NCBI RefSeq assembly: GCF_964204645.1
Contig: NC_134035.1
Coordinates: 4,464,001-4,528,000, forward strand
Source of the DNA: Tubulanus polymorphus
Lineage: Eukaryota > Animalia > Nemertea
DNA length: 64,000 bases
Reading direction: 5' to 3'
Positions 36,391 to 50,100 of the stretch are shown piece after piece; positions within the stretch are counted from its first letter, which is position 1; every line of letters begins with the position of its first letter. The notes below the pieces were generated by a model. The model ran no database searches and had not been told where the DNA came from. It saw only the letters and a program-made list of their open reading frames with translations. The position numbers were made by a program, and so were the translations under genes.

Positions 36391-38628
36391 TTTTAGCCCA
36401 CTTGGGACTTTAGTCCCAGCGGGCTATTGTGTTCACTTTTCGTCCGTTTGTCCGTCCGTCCGTAGACGGAATCCAGTTATTTTGGGAAGTTTTGAAGACA
36501 TTTCAAGGTAATGTCTTTATATTTGGTTTATACATGTATCTATCCTAGACACATCTTCAGCCCAAAAACTGGCCCTGTCAGATTCAAGATGGCCGACTGG
36601 CAGCCATTGTTGTTCGCCAAAATCAGCACTTTACACGTTTTTGGTTTACCTTTGTCAGCGATATGAAGTTGGCATTGAGCCAATCCATGTAAAATCGCGG
36701 TACGTTTTTTTATGTGAGCATTTGTTTCATTGGTTCTCGGCTTGAACGACGTATAATCGATGCGATTGAAGACATGGCGAACCTCCGTCGATGACATGGT
36801 CAACATTGTAAAAATTCGACGAATAACTGTTTTTGGCGGGAAAATTCTTAGCTCTCGCGTATAAAATTGCAATGACCTCGATTAGGGGGCGTTGTCTCTA
36901 TGAGCGAATGTGATAGGCTGTTTTTGGTATATACGGGGAATTTCCGGCGCTACTAAAATAATTATGGGAAAGCCATAGAATAGCTAACGTTTCATTGGAC
37001 TAATGCTCATTACTGGTGAGAATGTAATTATTATCCGCCAAAGGTATTGTTTCATTTTAATACCCGGTGATTGATTTGATTGAGATTGAAGTGTAAGCGA
37101 ACATTCACTTACACAAGGCCTCCACGTGCGCGCGGAAATCATTAGATTAGACTGTTGCACACACTAACACACGCGCATACAGTATACACTACTATAGTGA
37201 TACTGTAACGCTGCTTGCTGGCGCATTTGACATTTCATCAGCAGAAGATGAGCGCTGTGTTTTCTGTTTGATTGAATTTGTAATAAATTGTAATTTCTTG
37301 TGACCTGAAAATACTAAGCAGCAAACTATAGGTATAGGTCGAGGTCTGAATATTGTAGTGGTAAATTCCAGGATTTAAGACGATCTAATACGCCGATTTC
37401 TTACTGCACCGGTATTTTAACTTCCGCGGCCATACATTCAGCCATCCTCTGATATGTGACATCATATAAATTTTATTTGTATTTTTTTTTTCATATTATG
37501 AAAAAATATTTCTTTGAAAATATAAAATAGTTTCCATGCCGCGCTTACCTGTACCCTACGAAATTTTGGATGTAGACCGTAAACAAATGTATATCTTTGG
37601 TCTTATTTGACTACAAAATAATCCTTTAAGAACGATAAAATACTTTATTTATAAAATACTATATTTAAACTTGTAGAAATTTGAATTGTCACGAATTAAA
37701 AAGATTTTTCAAGCAATGCCCTTACCCCAAAAAACCTCTAGCTTTCAAGGTAAACCACACTTTGCCCATGGGCAATTTATTGAAGTTTTCGAGGGAAATT
37801 TTGAAGACGCTATTATCAATTACCTTGATCGTTTGTATTTATTTGTATCCCCAAGGGCCCATCAGCATGAGAAAGATTGGGTCGATCGGACTCTAGATGG
37901 TTGTCCTGTGACCTTTTATGTGCCCAAAAATATCAATTTTGGCCTGAATTTTGAGTCCTGTAGCTTCCTAATGGTTTGCCATTTTTCATTGCAATTTGTG
38001 ATGGGTATTCTTTGGAAAGGGATCTCTCATACCCGAGACAGGTATATTTGATCAGGCAATTATGACGCAATTGGCGGCCATCTTGGTGTCATTAGTACTC
38101 ATTCGTAGGTGGAAAATGTTTCCACATTATATTGATACTTAAGCATATTTTGTTACCACAATCGCTTGGAAAGTTGTAGCTCATGACATGGTCTATGATC
38201 GTGGTGAGTTTCAAGGTCATTGGTTTTTGTATATGGCCACCAGGAGGTGTTGAACAATACAATAACTTAGTATTTATATATTATATTCGTACCTATGCAT
38301 ATTTTGTAACCACAATCAATTGTAAAGTTGTAGCTCATGACATGGTCTATGATTGTGGTGAGTTTCAAGGACATTAGTTATTCTATGTGGTCACCAGGGG
38401 GCGTTGAATAGTAGAATTACTTAGTATTTCCATATCATATTGGTAACTAGGCATATTTTGTTACCACATTCAATTGCAAAATTGTAGCTGCTGACATGTT
38501 CTATGATTGTTGTGAGTTTCAAGGTCATTGTATTTTTCATGGATGGGGCGTTGAATATTGAAATTGTTAGATTGTTGAGCATCTGAAACCACTTCCCAAG
38601 TGGGCATGGTGTCCCTGGATCCCTAATT
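36391..38628 (+). mobile_element. HINE/DINE-1-like non-autonomous Helentron-type element
   Basis: Starts TTTTAG; subterminal IR GCCCACTTGGG (36396) / CCCAAGTGGGC (38595); 5' hairpin; (GTCC)n tract; three ~154-bp internal repeats (38143-38560); inserted at a T-run. The empty site is visible at ~39860. Confidence 0.8.
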
Positions 38629-40474
38629 ACTAACTGGGTTTTCTGTTTTTCGCAACCAACCAGATGGTCAACTCGTTCACTTATGGGGACTTGTAGAATA
38701 TCTGATACATTATATCCAACTCATATATTTGAAATTTATTCTGAACAATTTTGCAGTTAAGATATTCCTATATGAATGAGCAGGGTCAGTCTGGTTTTAT
38801 GTAGCTAATGGCGCTTCAGTGTCATATTGCATTTTAAACTGCTCAATGAACCGCATTATGACAAAACCTACTCGGTCTCCGGGAAATACTCAGTCATCTG
38901 GATTTGACCCATCGATTTGAACCAGATCTTGATTCTAAACGATTCAGTGTATATGCATTTTTTTTTTCAGATCAGCCATTACTCCACCTGATAGCTGCCA
39001 TCGACGACACTGTTGATTCCAGACCTTTCGAATTAGTGCATGCGGCACTCCACACCGAAATCGGTGGTCAGTAGATTTATTGTTGTTATAAGTTGACTAC
39101 AATGTACATGTATCGACTTAAATAAAAGATTCTAATGGTGATTGTTGCGGTTTTTTGCAGAACCTCCTCAGGACCGGATTGCTGCCATTACGTGCTGACT
39201 ACCCCGATGAATAAAATACAAAGTCGACCATCCTCACCCAGGAGCCGATTGCTGCCGATATGCGAACTAAACCAACCTGGCCTGATAGATCACTCCTGGG
39301 ATCTGAGTACTGTAGCTTGGAAGTCGCATCTCGCAAGTATGAGTTACCTCATCGAAATACGTGAAGCGCACATGAAGATCTATGAAGCTCTCAACTCATG
39401 AATTGGCAAGTAGACATTTCAACTTGTAAAGACGACTTGTAATTCACTAATAACCGGTTCAATCGTCCGAGACGTACAAACAGTGCCAGAGTTCAATTAC
39501 ACGTCACAGCTCAATTGTACATTAAATTTATGAAACATTTGAATGCGTTTTACTTCCTAAATTTTGTAAAATACGTTTTATCTCAAATATCTGATCGGTC
39601 AAGGACGATTAACCGAGTTATAACTGAATTGTTGGTTACATGATCAGGTTTGACTATTTCACGGAATGGCTTCCTATCTTTATTATGATGTACGGTTCCG
39701 GGTCCGAAGAGACGTCAAATGGTAGTTTTAAAATATGCAACAGATGTCACCTTCGCTCATTTACACTTGTCGTAGAGTTTTCTCAGGAGACTTGAGGTGG
39801 TTAGCTCGGTGGGCACAGGATGGCGCTCCGGCCCACCGGCGAATTCATTTTAACGAGTGACTTTATACTAACTGGGTTTTCTGCTATTTGTGACCAATCA
39901 GATGATCAACTCGTTCACTGGACCCAAACTCCTTGCCGCTACAGTCAACCTCGCTGCTTAAGTCATCGCATTCCAAATTTCAAATGTATGGGAGAAAGTA
40001 AAAGACAAGTTGCTTCCAAATATTTCTATTAAAGATAAAAATTTTGCATGCCTGGTCAATATTTCCAAAAATTCCTGTAAAAGTAAAAATAAACACCTAC
40101 TCTCTGAGAAACAAGGTATCATTTTTTGGCTTTTGCGAGGTTGATTGTAGTTTTCCCTGTTAGATGATGAGACGGAGAAATGAAATAAAACTGTTCTGCG
40201 TTTGGCCCTTTCTGATATCCAGTGACGAATCGACGGCTGCAAGAAGATATACCATTGCTGAAATCGTGTTTGATTTTTATTTGAACTTTGTGAAATTTTG
40301 AATAAAATTGACGTGCAAATCATTTTGCTGTGTGTCAAGTTTGTCATTTTTCGGTCAAATCTGCGACAAGTGTAAATTCGAGTCTCTATATTAATTCTTG
40401 CCCAGTCACATGTGTAAAACCCAGCTCAACATATTGAATTTAAGCTGCCATTGACCTGACGCAATAAGATAACA

Positions 40475-40820
40475 AATTTATCACTTGATAATCCGTGGTT
40501 ACAAAAAAGTGACATTTGTTGCGTTATCATAACTACCAGCATGTCAAATTGGGATGCTCTAAGGAAGGTCTGTCAATCTGCTCGTGCAGTAGGACTTCTC
40601 CGATGCTGCTGCTGTGTTCCAATATATTTGACATTGTCATGTTTGGTAAGTCCCGAAATAGTCAAACCAGTTTATCACTTGATAATCGGTGGTTATAAAA
40701 AAGTGACATTTGATGCGTTATCATAACTACCAGCATGTCATATTGGGATGCTCTAAGGACGCTCTGTCCCGATATATTTGACATTGTCATGTAAGTGCTG
40801 AAATAGTCAAACCAGTTTAG
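40475..40820 (+). repeat. ~195-bp tandem duplication
   Basis: TTTATCACTTGATAATC...CATAACTACCAGCATGTCA...GAAATAGTCAAACCAGTTTA occurs twice. Confidence 0.85.
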
Positions 40821-41359
40821 GTATCAATTTGTTGCTGGAAACCACCAATCAGATGTTTACCATTCCTAGTTCCAATGTGAACGAGGTTTAAGAAATCTAG
40901 CCGCCATTACGTTTACTCCTGGTAGAACTTGGAATAGTGTTTAGAATAGAGTTTATCGAAATATGAACAAAAACAATGATGTTAAGATTTGTATTTATTT
41001 ATAAATAAATATTTTACAAAAAAAGGAAATGCAGTCCCCCTCGTGTTTTGTTTTGTTTGAAAAAACAATTATAGTCCCCCCTTTCATTTCTTTCGGAAAA
41101 AAAACAAATACAGGCCCCCTTCTTTAAACCCCCCCCCCCCTGAAGGGGGGCAGGGGGGTCTCTCAGGCCCATCAATCTAATCCACGAGATGGGGGAGGAG
41201 ACCCTTTTATCTGAGATCTAATGATCAAATCAATAAGGTTTTTTGACTGGTTTCTGTGAGCTTGGCACTGGTTTCTGCGAGCTTAGTTCATGGTTTCAGC
41301 TGACTGGTCATGGTTTCATCTGTGAGACCTGCAAAAGTTTTAATGACAATGAGAAACTG

Positions 41360-42275
41360 AGATTAAGACAAAAGCTATTTAAGTTCAAACAATCAGTTTA
41401 ATTGAAGACAAAAGAAGTTCAAACGAAGACAATGTGTATTTGTAGAAACAATGAGTTCAAACAATGAGTTTAATTGAAGACAAAAGCTATTTAAGACCAA
41501 ACAATGAGTTTAATTGAAGACCATAGCAAGTTTAACAATTAGTTTAATTAAAGACAATATGTATTTAAGTACAAACAATGAGTTTAATTGAAGACCATAG
41601 CAATTAAGTTTATTAAAGACGATTTGTATTTAAGTCCAAAAAGCTATTTAAGCTCAAACAATCTGTTTAATTGAAGACAAAAGCTATTTAAGTTCAAACA
41701 ATCAGTTTAATTGAAGACAAGACAAGTTCAAACGAAGACAATGTGTATTTATGTCGAAACGAGTTCAAACAATTAGTTTAATTGAAGACAATATGTATTT
41801 ATGTCAAAACAATTAGTTTAATTGAAGACAAAAGCTATTTAAGATCAAACAATGAGTTTAATTGAAGACCATAGCAATTAAGTTTATTAAAGACGATTTG
41901 TATGTCCAAAAAGCTATTTAAGTTCAAACAAGACAATGTGTATTGAAGACCAAACAATGAGTTCAAATGAAGACCATAGCAATTAAGTTTAAACAATTGG
42001 TTTAATTAAAGACAATATGTATTTAAGTTCAAACAATTAGTTTAATTAAAGACGATTTGTATTTAAGTCCAAACAGCTATTTAAGTTCAAACAATTAGTT
42101 TAATTGAAGACAATATGTATTTATGTCAAAACAATTAGTTTAATTGAAGACAAAAGCTATTTAAGATCAAACAATGAGTTTAATTGAAGACCATAGCAAT
42201 TAAGTTTAAACAATTAGTTTAATTAAAGACAATATGTATTTAAGACCAAACAGAGTTTGATTGAAGACAATAGCT
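41360..42275 (+). repeat. AT-rich minisatellite, ~40-bp unit made of two ~20-bp halves
   Basis: AAACAATNAGTTTAATTGAAGACAAAAGCTATTTAAGTTC and variants, repeated about 20 times. Confidence 0.9.
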
Positions 42276-42444
42276 TATGTCATTGACACATTAAAAGTCT
42301 CTGATTCTGATGATAATAGCTAGTTATATTTCATAGTTATACTGCTCTAACTCTATTGCAACATTGTATATGCTTAAAAACTATTTTGAAAAAAGTAAAA
42401 CATACTTAAAATGTTCTCCTAGTCTTTTATACCGATCACTCGTA

Positions 42445-42944
42445 CTCCAGAGGGCGCTCTAGAAGAATGAAGATCTCGCCCCATTTCACAGACATCCAAC
42501 GATTTCCTGAATGTAAAAATTGTTAAAAATTAAAATCAGTACAACTACATCTGGGCATTATTTGGCCAGATACTGAACTTGAACCAGTATACGGTTAAGT
42601 AGTCCCCAAGACAGCATTACACTTAAAATTTATTTCAGAATCCACTATCCCAAGTTTGGCCACAACCGGTTACAGGTTTTGAGTCCACTGTCCTATGGTT
42701 AGCTACAACCAACATGTTGCTTTGAAATAATAGATGGCGCCACCATGCCAAGGCCAGGTTCGGGTTCCTCCAAGTCCAGAATCCAAAGTTTAGCTACAAC
42801 CAACATGATGTAGTTTTAAAATGATAGATGGCGCCATCATGCCAAGTTCGGTCACTGCCGGGTTCAGGTTCAGGTTCTGTTCACATACTAATTCATTCAA
42901 TAATTTAAACAAAAACTTACCATTCATTTACACCAGAGGGCGCT
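42445..42944 (+). promoter_or_regulatory. Four co-oriented CTCF-like motifs
   Basis: CTCCAGAGGGCGC (42445), TAGATGGCGC (42731, 42825) and CACCAGAGGGCGC (42931), against consensus CCASYAGRKGGCRS. Confidence 0.4.
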
Positions 42945-43604
42945 GTTACGAACGGACATCAGGAGCCGCAGCAGATCCAACATGATATCCTGCATGTAGA
43001 AAAGTTATAATAGAATTACCGAATTTCCATTATAAATAATTCTGAAAACATCATCGAAAGGTTATATCTTACCGGTTCATCGTGTGTTTATTGTAACGAG
43101 ATGCTGGAATGAGTTGCAGCAGCAGTAATCATGTTTCAGTAGCAGAGATGTAAAAACAGACATCTTCACGACTCAAGTTCCAGCAGTCTAATGACCACGA
43201 TGTATTACAGACATATACAGAACATACGAACTGGGTCACGGCACACCTCGGTGTCTTGCGTCACCAGTTCACCATACACACAATTCTATACTGGCTTTGT
43301 CGAAAGTTCGGCTATGAAAAGAAACCGGTTCTTATTGTTAGCTGAGTCGGCACGGTTACCAAACAATAGCCCGGGGACCATTCACAGTAGATCAGGGACA
43401 ATCTCATGACTTACAAGCGAACCAGGGGCTGTTTCCTAATATTGACTTGACCAGGGGCCATCTCCTCAGTTCGGACATAGGTTTCATTTTGGTTTTGGTC
43501 AATTTTCCTGATCTTGGCCCCCCTCGGAAATCCTAATTTTCTATACAACAATTTTTCATAGGATCTCAAATGAACTTATCAGTGAGCAACAATTGAGACA
43601 GTTG

Positions 43605-43828
43605 CAGGGCTGCCAACCTCTGTAATCCGCTATCATTAAAAAGTTGAACTTTTTCAGTAACATTTCATTGAAATATGAAAGAAAATGTTCAAATTAATCA
43701 GGAATCAACGGAAAGACCCTCAGAGCAACATCTTTCATATTTCTGTATGCATCAAAAAATCATATCAGTATTTCTTGTTATAAAATAGTAACAAAAACGG
43801 AAAATCAGGAAGGCAGTTGGCAGCTCTG
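43605..43828. mobile_element. MITE
   Basis: TIR CAGGGCTGCCAAC / GTTGGCAGCTCTG. Confidence 0.7.
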
Positions 43829-44134
43829 TAATAGCTTTGAAATAAACATCAGAAGATACGATGAATTTTCCCACATCACATGTCGCACTTATGATAAACT
43901 AAATGATGAAAAGAGGATGAATTTTCCTCAAACTTAAATTTATTGCAAGAATTTTTATAATCTTTATTTAAACCAATATGTATACGAAATATACAATCTT
44001 GTGTATCAGGTACAGGTCGCCAGCATTGGTCACTGATGGATTGCATCTAGCCTCAAGCCACGGCCGCATTCACATTAACCAGTTTTATGGACAATGCTAT
44101 GCAATTCATACACTTATATATTAATCAAAGAACT

Positions 44135-47100
44135 AGAATTGTAGATCCTTCCAGCAATCTATTGAAAATCAGTTCAGTACACCCTACCCATATTAGACAA
44201 TTGAATACAGCATCTTCAGGACGATATGAAGCCCCAACATTCAAGATCTTTCGGCCAATCAATTGAAAATCAGTTCACTACACCCTACCCATATAAGACA
44301 ATTGAATACAGCATCTTCAGGATGACATGAAGCCCCTAAATTGTGGTTCTTTGCACCAATCTATCGAAAACGATTCAGTAAACCTTACCCATATATGACA
44401 ATTGATTACAGCATCTTCAGGACGAGATGAAGCCCCAAAATTCTGGATCTTTCGCCAATCTAATGAAAATCAGTTCAGTACACCCTACCCATGAAGCCCC
44501 AAAATTCTAGATCTACCAATCTATTAAAATTGGTTCAGTACACCCTACCCATATATGACAATTCAATACAGCATCTTAAGGATGATATGCATGAAGCCCC
44601 AAAATTCTGGATCTTTTGACAAATCTATTGAAAATCAGTTCCAGTACACCCTACCCATATGTGACAATTGAATTCAGCATCTTTAGGACGATATGAAGCC
44701 TCACAATTCTACATCTTTCAACGCATCTATTGGAAATCAGTTCAATAAACACCTACCTGAACTATTGCAATTGAAAACGACATCTTCTAGACTGTATGTA
44801 GCAACAAAATTCTGGATCATCCAACCGTTCACTTGATTATCAGTTTAGTACAATCCATAGCATCTATAAAGATTAAATACATCATTTTCAGGACCATATG
44901 TAGCGAGAAAATTCAGATCTTTCAACCCATCAATTGAAGATTAGTTCAATAAACCCTACCCATATATGACAATTGAATACAACATATTTAGGCGGTATAT
45001 GAAGCTCCAAAATTCTGGATCTATTGACCAATCTATTGAAGATGATTTCATTACACCCTACCAATATATGACAATTCAATACAGCATCTTCAGAATGATA
45101 TGAAACCCCAAAATTCTGGATCTTTCTACCAATCTATTGAAAACCAGTTCACTACACCCTCCCCATATATGACAATTGAATACAGCATCTTCCGGGTGAT
45201 ATGAAGCCCCAAAATTCTGAATCTTTCAACCAATCTATTGAAAATTAGTTCAGTACACCTTACCCATATTAGACAATTGAATACAGGATCTTCAGGGCGA
45301 TATGAAGCCCCAAAAATCTAGATCTTTCGACCGATCTATTGAAAACCACTTCAATACACCCTAACCATATCAGACAATTGTAAACAGCATCTTCCGGGTG
45401 ATATGAAGCCCCAAAATTCTGAATCTTTCGACCAATCTATTTCAAATGAGTTCAGTACACCCTACCCATAAAGGACAATTGAATACAGCATCTTCAGGAC
45501 GATATGAAGCCCCAAAAATCTAGATCTTTCGACCAAACTATTGAAAACCAGTTCAATATACCCTACCCATATTAGACAATTGAATACAGCATCTTCAGGA
45601 CGATATGAAGCCCCAAAAATCTAGATCTTTCGACCGATCTATTGAAAACCATTTCAATACACCCTAACCATATCAGACAATTGTAAACAGCATCTTCAGG
45701 ACGATATGAAGCCCCAAAATTCTGAATCTTTCGACAAATCTATTGAAAACCACTTCAATACACACTAACCATATAGGACAATTGAACACAGCATCTTCAG
45801 GACCATATGAGGCCCTAACTTTCAGGATGTTTCGACCAATTTTTTGAAAATGAGTTCAGTACACCTGCCCATATATGGCAATTGAATACAGCATCTTCAA
45901 GACGATATAAAGCTTCAAAATTCTGAATCTTTCGGCCAATCTATCGAAAATTAGTTCAGTACACCCTACCCATGTATGACAATATGAATACAGCACCTTC
46001 AAGATGATATTAAACCCCAAAATTCTGAATCTTTCGGCCAATCTATCGAAAATTAGTTCAGTACACCCTACCCATATATGACAATTGAATACAGCATCTT
46101 CAGGACGATATAATGTCCCAAAATTCTAGATCTTTCGACCAATATATTTAAAATGAGTTCAGTACACCCTACCCATATTAGACAATATGAATACAGCATC
46201 TTCAGGACGATGTGAAGCCCTAAAAGTCTGAATCTTTCAACCAATCTATTGAAAATCAGTTCAGTACACCTTACTCATATTAGACAATTGAATACAGCAT
46301 CTTCAGGACGATATGAAGCCCCAAAAATGTAGATCTTTCGACCAATCTATTGAAAACCACTTCAATACACCCAAACCATATCAGACAATTGTATACAGCA
46401 TCTTCCAGGTGATATGAAGCCCGAAAATTCTGGATCTTTCGGCCAATCTATTAAAAATCAGTTCAGTACACCCTACCTATATATGACAATTGAATACAGC
46501 ATCTTCAGGATGATATGATGCCCCAAAATTCTAGATCTTTCGACCAATCTATTTAAAATTAGTTCAGTACACCCTACCCATAAAAGGCAATTGAACACAG
46601 AATCTTAAGCACGATATGAAGCCCAAAAATTCTAGATCCTTCGACCAATCTATTGAAACCCAGTTCAATATACCCTTCCCATATATGACAATTGAATACA
46701 GCATCTCCAGGACAATTTGATGCCCAAAAATTCTAGATCTTTCCACCAATCTATTGAAAATCAGTTCAATACACCCTAACAATATATGACAATTGAAAAC
46801 AGCATCTTCAGGACGATATGAAGCCCCAAAATTCTGAATCTTTCAACCAATCTAACGAAAATTAGTTCAGTACACCCTACCCATATAAGACAATTAAATA
46901 CAGCATCTTCAGGACGATATGAAACCCCAAAATTCTAGATCTTTCGACCAATCTATTGAAAATCAGTTCAGTACACCCTACACATATCAGACAATGGAAT
47001 ACAACATCTTCAGGACGATATGAAGCCCCAAAAATCTAGATCTTTCAACCTATCTATTGAAAACCACTTCAATACAACCAAACCATATCAGACAATTGTA

Positions 47101-50100
47101 TACATCATCTTCCGGGTGATATGAAGCCCCAAAATTCTGAATCTTTCGACCAATCTATTGAAAATCAGTTCAGTACACCATACCCATATAAGAAAATTGA
47201 ATACAGCATCTTCAGGACGATATGAAGTCCCAAAAATCTAGATCTTTCGACCAATCTATTGAAAACCACTTCAATACACCCTAACCATATCAGACAATTG
47301 TAAACAGCATCTTCAGGACGATATGAAGCCCCAAAATTCTAGATCTTTCGACCAATCTATTTCAAATGAGTTCAGTACACCCTACCCATAAAGGACAATT
47401 GAATACAGCATCTTCAGGACGATATGAAGCCCCTAAAATCTAGATCTTTCGACCAAACTATTGAAAACCAGTTCAATATACCTTACCCATATTAGAAAAA
47501 AGAATACAGCATCTTCAGGACGATATAATAACCCCAAAATTCTAGATCTTTCGACCAATCTATTTCAAATGAGTTCAGTACACCCTACCCATAAAGGACA
47601 ATTGAATACAGCATCTTCAGGACGATATGAAGCCCCAAAAATCTAGATCTTTCGACCAAACTATTGAAAACCAGTTCAATATACCCTACCCATATTAGAC
47701 AATTGAATACAGCATCTTCAGGACGATATAATGCCCCATAATTCTAGATCTTTCGACTAATCTATTTAAAATTAGTTCAGTACACCCTACCCATAAAAGG
47801 CAATTGAACACAGAATCTTAAGCACGATATGAAGCCCCAAAATTCTAGATCCTTCGACCAATCTATTGAAACCCAGTTCAATATACCCTTCCCATATATG
47901 ACAATTGAATACAGCATCTCCAGGACAATTTGATGCCCAAAAATTCTAGATCTTTCGACCAATCTATTGAAAACCACTTCAATACACCCTAACCATATCA
48001 GACAATTGTAAACAGCATCTTCCGGGTGATATGAAGCCCCAAAATTCTGAATCTTTCGACCAATCTATTGAAAATCAGTTCAGTACACCATACCCATATT
48101 AGAAAATTGAAGACAGCATCTTCAGGACAATTTGATGCCCCAAAATTCTAGATCTTTCGACAAATCTATTGAAAACCACTTCAATACACACTAACCATAT
48201 AGGACAATTGAACACAGCATCTTCAGGACCATATGGGGCCCTAACTTTCAGGATGTTTCGACCAATTTTTTGAAAATAAGTTCAGTACACCCTGCCCATA
48301 TATGGCAATTCAATACAGCTTCTTCAGGACGATATGAAGCCCCAAAATCCTGGATCTTTCTACCAATCTATTGAAAATTAGTTCAGTACACCTCACTCAT
48401 ATTAGACAATTGAATACAGCATCTTCAGGACGATATGAAGCCCCTAAAATCTAGATCTTTCGGCCAATCTGTTGAAAACAACTTCAATACACCCTAACCA
48501 TATCAGACAATTGTATACAGCATCTTCCGGGTGATATGAAGCCCCAAAATTCGGAATCTTTCCACCAATCAATTGAAAATCAGTTCAGTACACCTTACCC
48601 ATATTAGAAAAAAGAATACAGCATCTTCAGGACGATATAATAACCCCAAAATTCTAAATCTTTCGACCAATCTATTTCAAATGAGTTCAGTACACCCTAC
48701 CCATAAAGGACAATTGAATACAGCATCTTCAGGACGATATGAAGCCCCAAAAATCTAGATCTTTCGACCAAACTATTGAAAACCAGTTCAATATACCCTA
48801 CCCATATTAGACAATTGAATACAGCATCTTCAGGACGATATAATGCCCCATAATTCTAGATCTTTCGACCAATCTATTCTAAATGAGTTCAGTACACCCT
48901 ACCCATAAAGGACAATTGAATACAGCATCTTCAGGACGATATGAAGCCCCAAAAATCTAGATCTTTCGACCGATCTATTGAAAACCACTTCAATACAACC
49001 AAACCATATCAGACAATTGTATACAGCATCTTCCGGGTGATATGAAGCCCCAAAATTCTGAATCTTTCGACCAATCTATTGAAAATCAGTTCAGTATACA
49101 CCATACCCATATTAGAAAATTGAATACAGCATCTTCAGGACAATTTGATGCCCCAAAATTCTAGATCTTTCGACAAATCTATTGAAAACCACTTCAATAC
49201 ACACTAACCATATAGGACAATTGAACACAGCATCTTCAGGACCATATGGGGCCCTAACTTTCAGGATGTTTTGACCAATCTTTTGAAAATAAGTTCAGTA
49301 CACCCTGCCCATATATGGCAATTCAATACAGCTTCTTCAGGACGATATGAAGCCCCAAAATCCTCGATCTTTCTACCAATCTATTGAAAATTAGTTCAGT
49401 ACACCCCACACATATCAGAAAATGGAATACAACATCTTCAGGACGATATGAAGCCCGAAAATTCTGGATCTTTCGGCCAATCTATTGAAAATTAGTTCAG
49501 TACACCCTACCTATATATGACAATTGAACACAGCATCTTCACGATGATATAATGCCCCAAAATTCTAGATCTTTCGACCAATCTATTTAAAATGAGTTCA
49601 GTACACACTTCCCATAAAGGACAATTGAACACAGAATCTTAAGCACGATATGAAGCCCCAAAATTCTAGATCCTTCGACCAATCTATTGAAACCCAGTTC
49701 AATATACCCTTCCCATATATGACAATTGAATACAGCATCTCCAGGACAATTTGATGCCCAAAAATTCTAGATCTTTCGACCAATCTATTGAAAACCACTT
49801 CAATACACCCTAACCATATCAGACAATTGTAAACAGCATCTTCCGGGTGATATGAAGCCCCAAAATTCTGAATCTTTCGACCAATCTATTGAAAATCAGT
49901 TCAGTACACCATACCCATATTAGAAAATTGAAGACAGCATCTTCAGGACAATTTGATGCCCCAAAATTCTAGATCTTTCGACAAATCTATTGAAAACCAC
50001 TTCAATACACACTAACCATATATGACAATTGAACACAGCATCTTCAGGACCATATGGGGCCCTAACTTTCAGGATGTTTCGACCAATTTTTTGAAAATAA

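Larger units (their letters stand above)
33570..39920 (+). repeat. Local tandem duplication of a non-coding segment (copy 1 ~33570-36390, completed at 38629-38680; copy 2 ~38700-39920)
   Basis: 33680-33750 matches 38730-38800; 35080-35585 matches 38900-39420; 36240-36390 matches 39688-39865. Confidence 0.85.

Noticed and set aside
36718-37590. Possible nested element inside the HINE (CATTTGTTT / AAACAAATG ends)
   Set aside because: Only a 9-bp AT-rich inverted match and no TSD; cannot be supported without a family consensus.
35331-39401. Paralogous 100-aa and 88-aa ORFs (35331, 39135)
   Set aside because: They start in intron-like sequence, have no recognisable domain and have divergent ends; the similarity just reflects the DNA duplication.
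41360-42275. Short repeats containing ATTGAAGAC, reminiscent of CRISPR repeat ends (ATTGAAAC)
   Set aside because: The intervening sequences are themselves repeated variants rather than unique spacers; this is an ordinary minisatellite.
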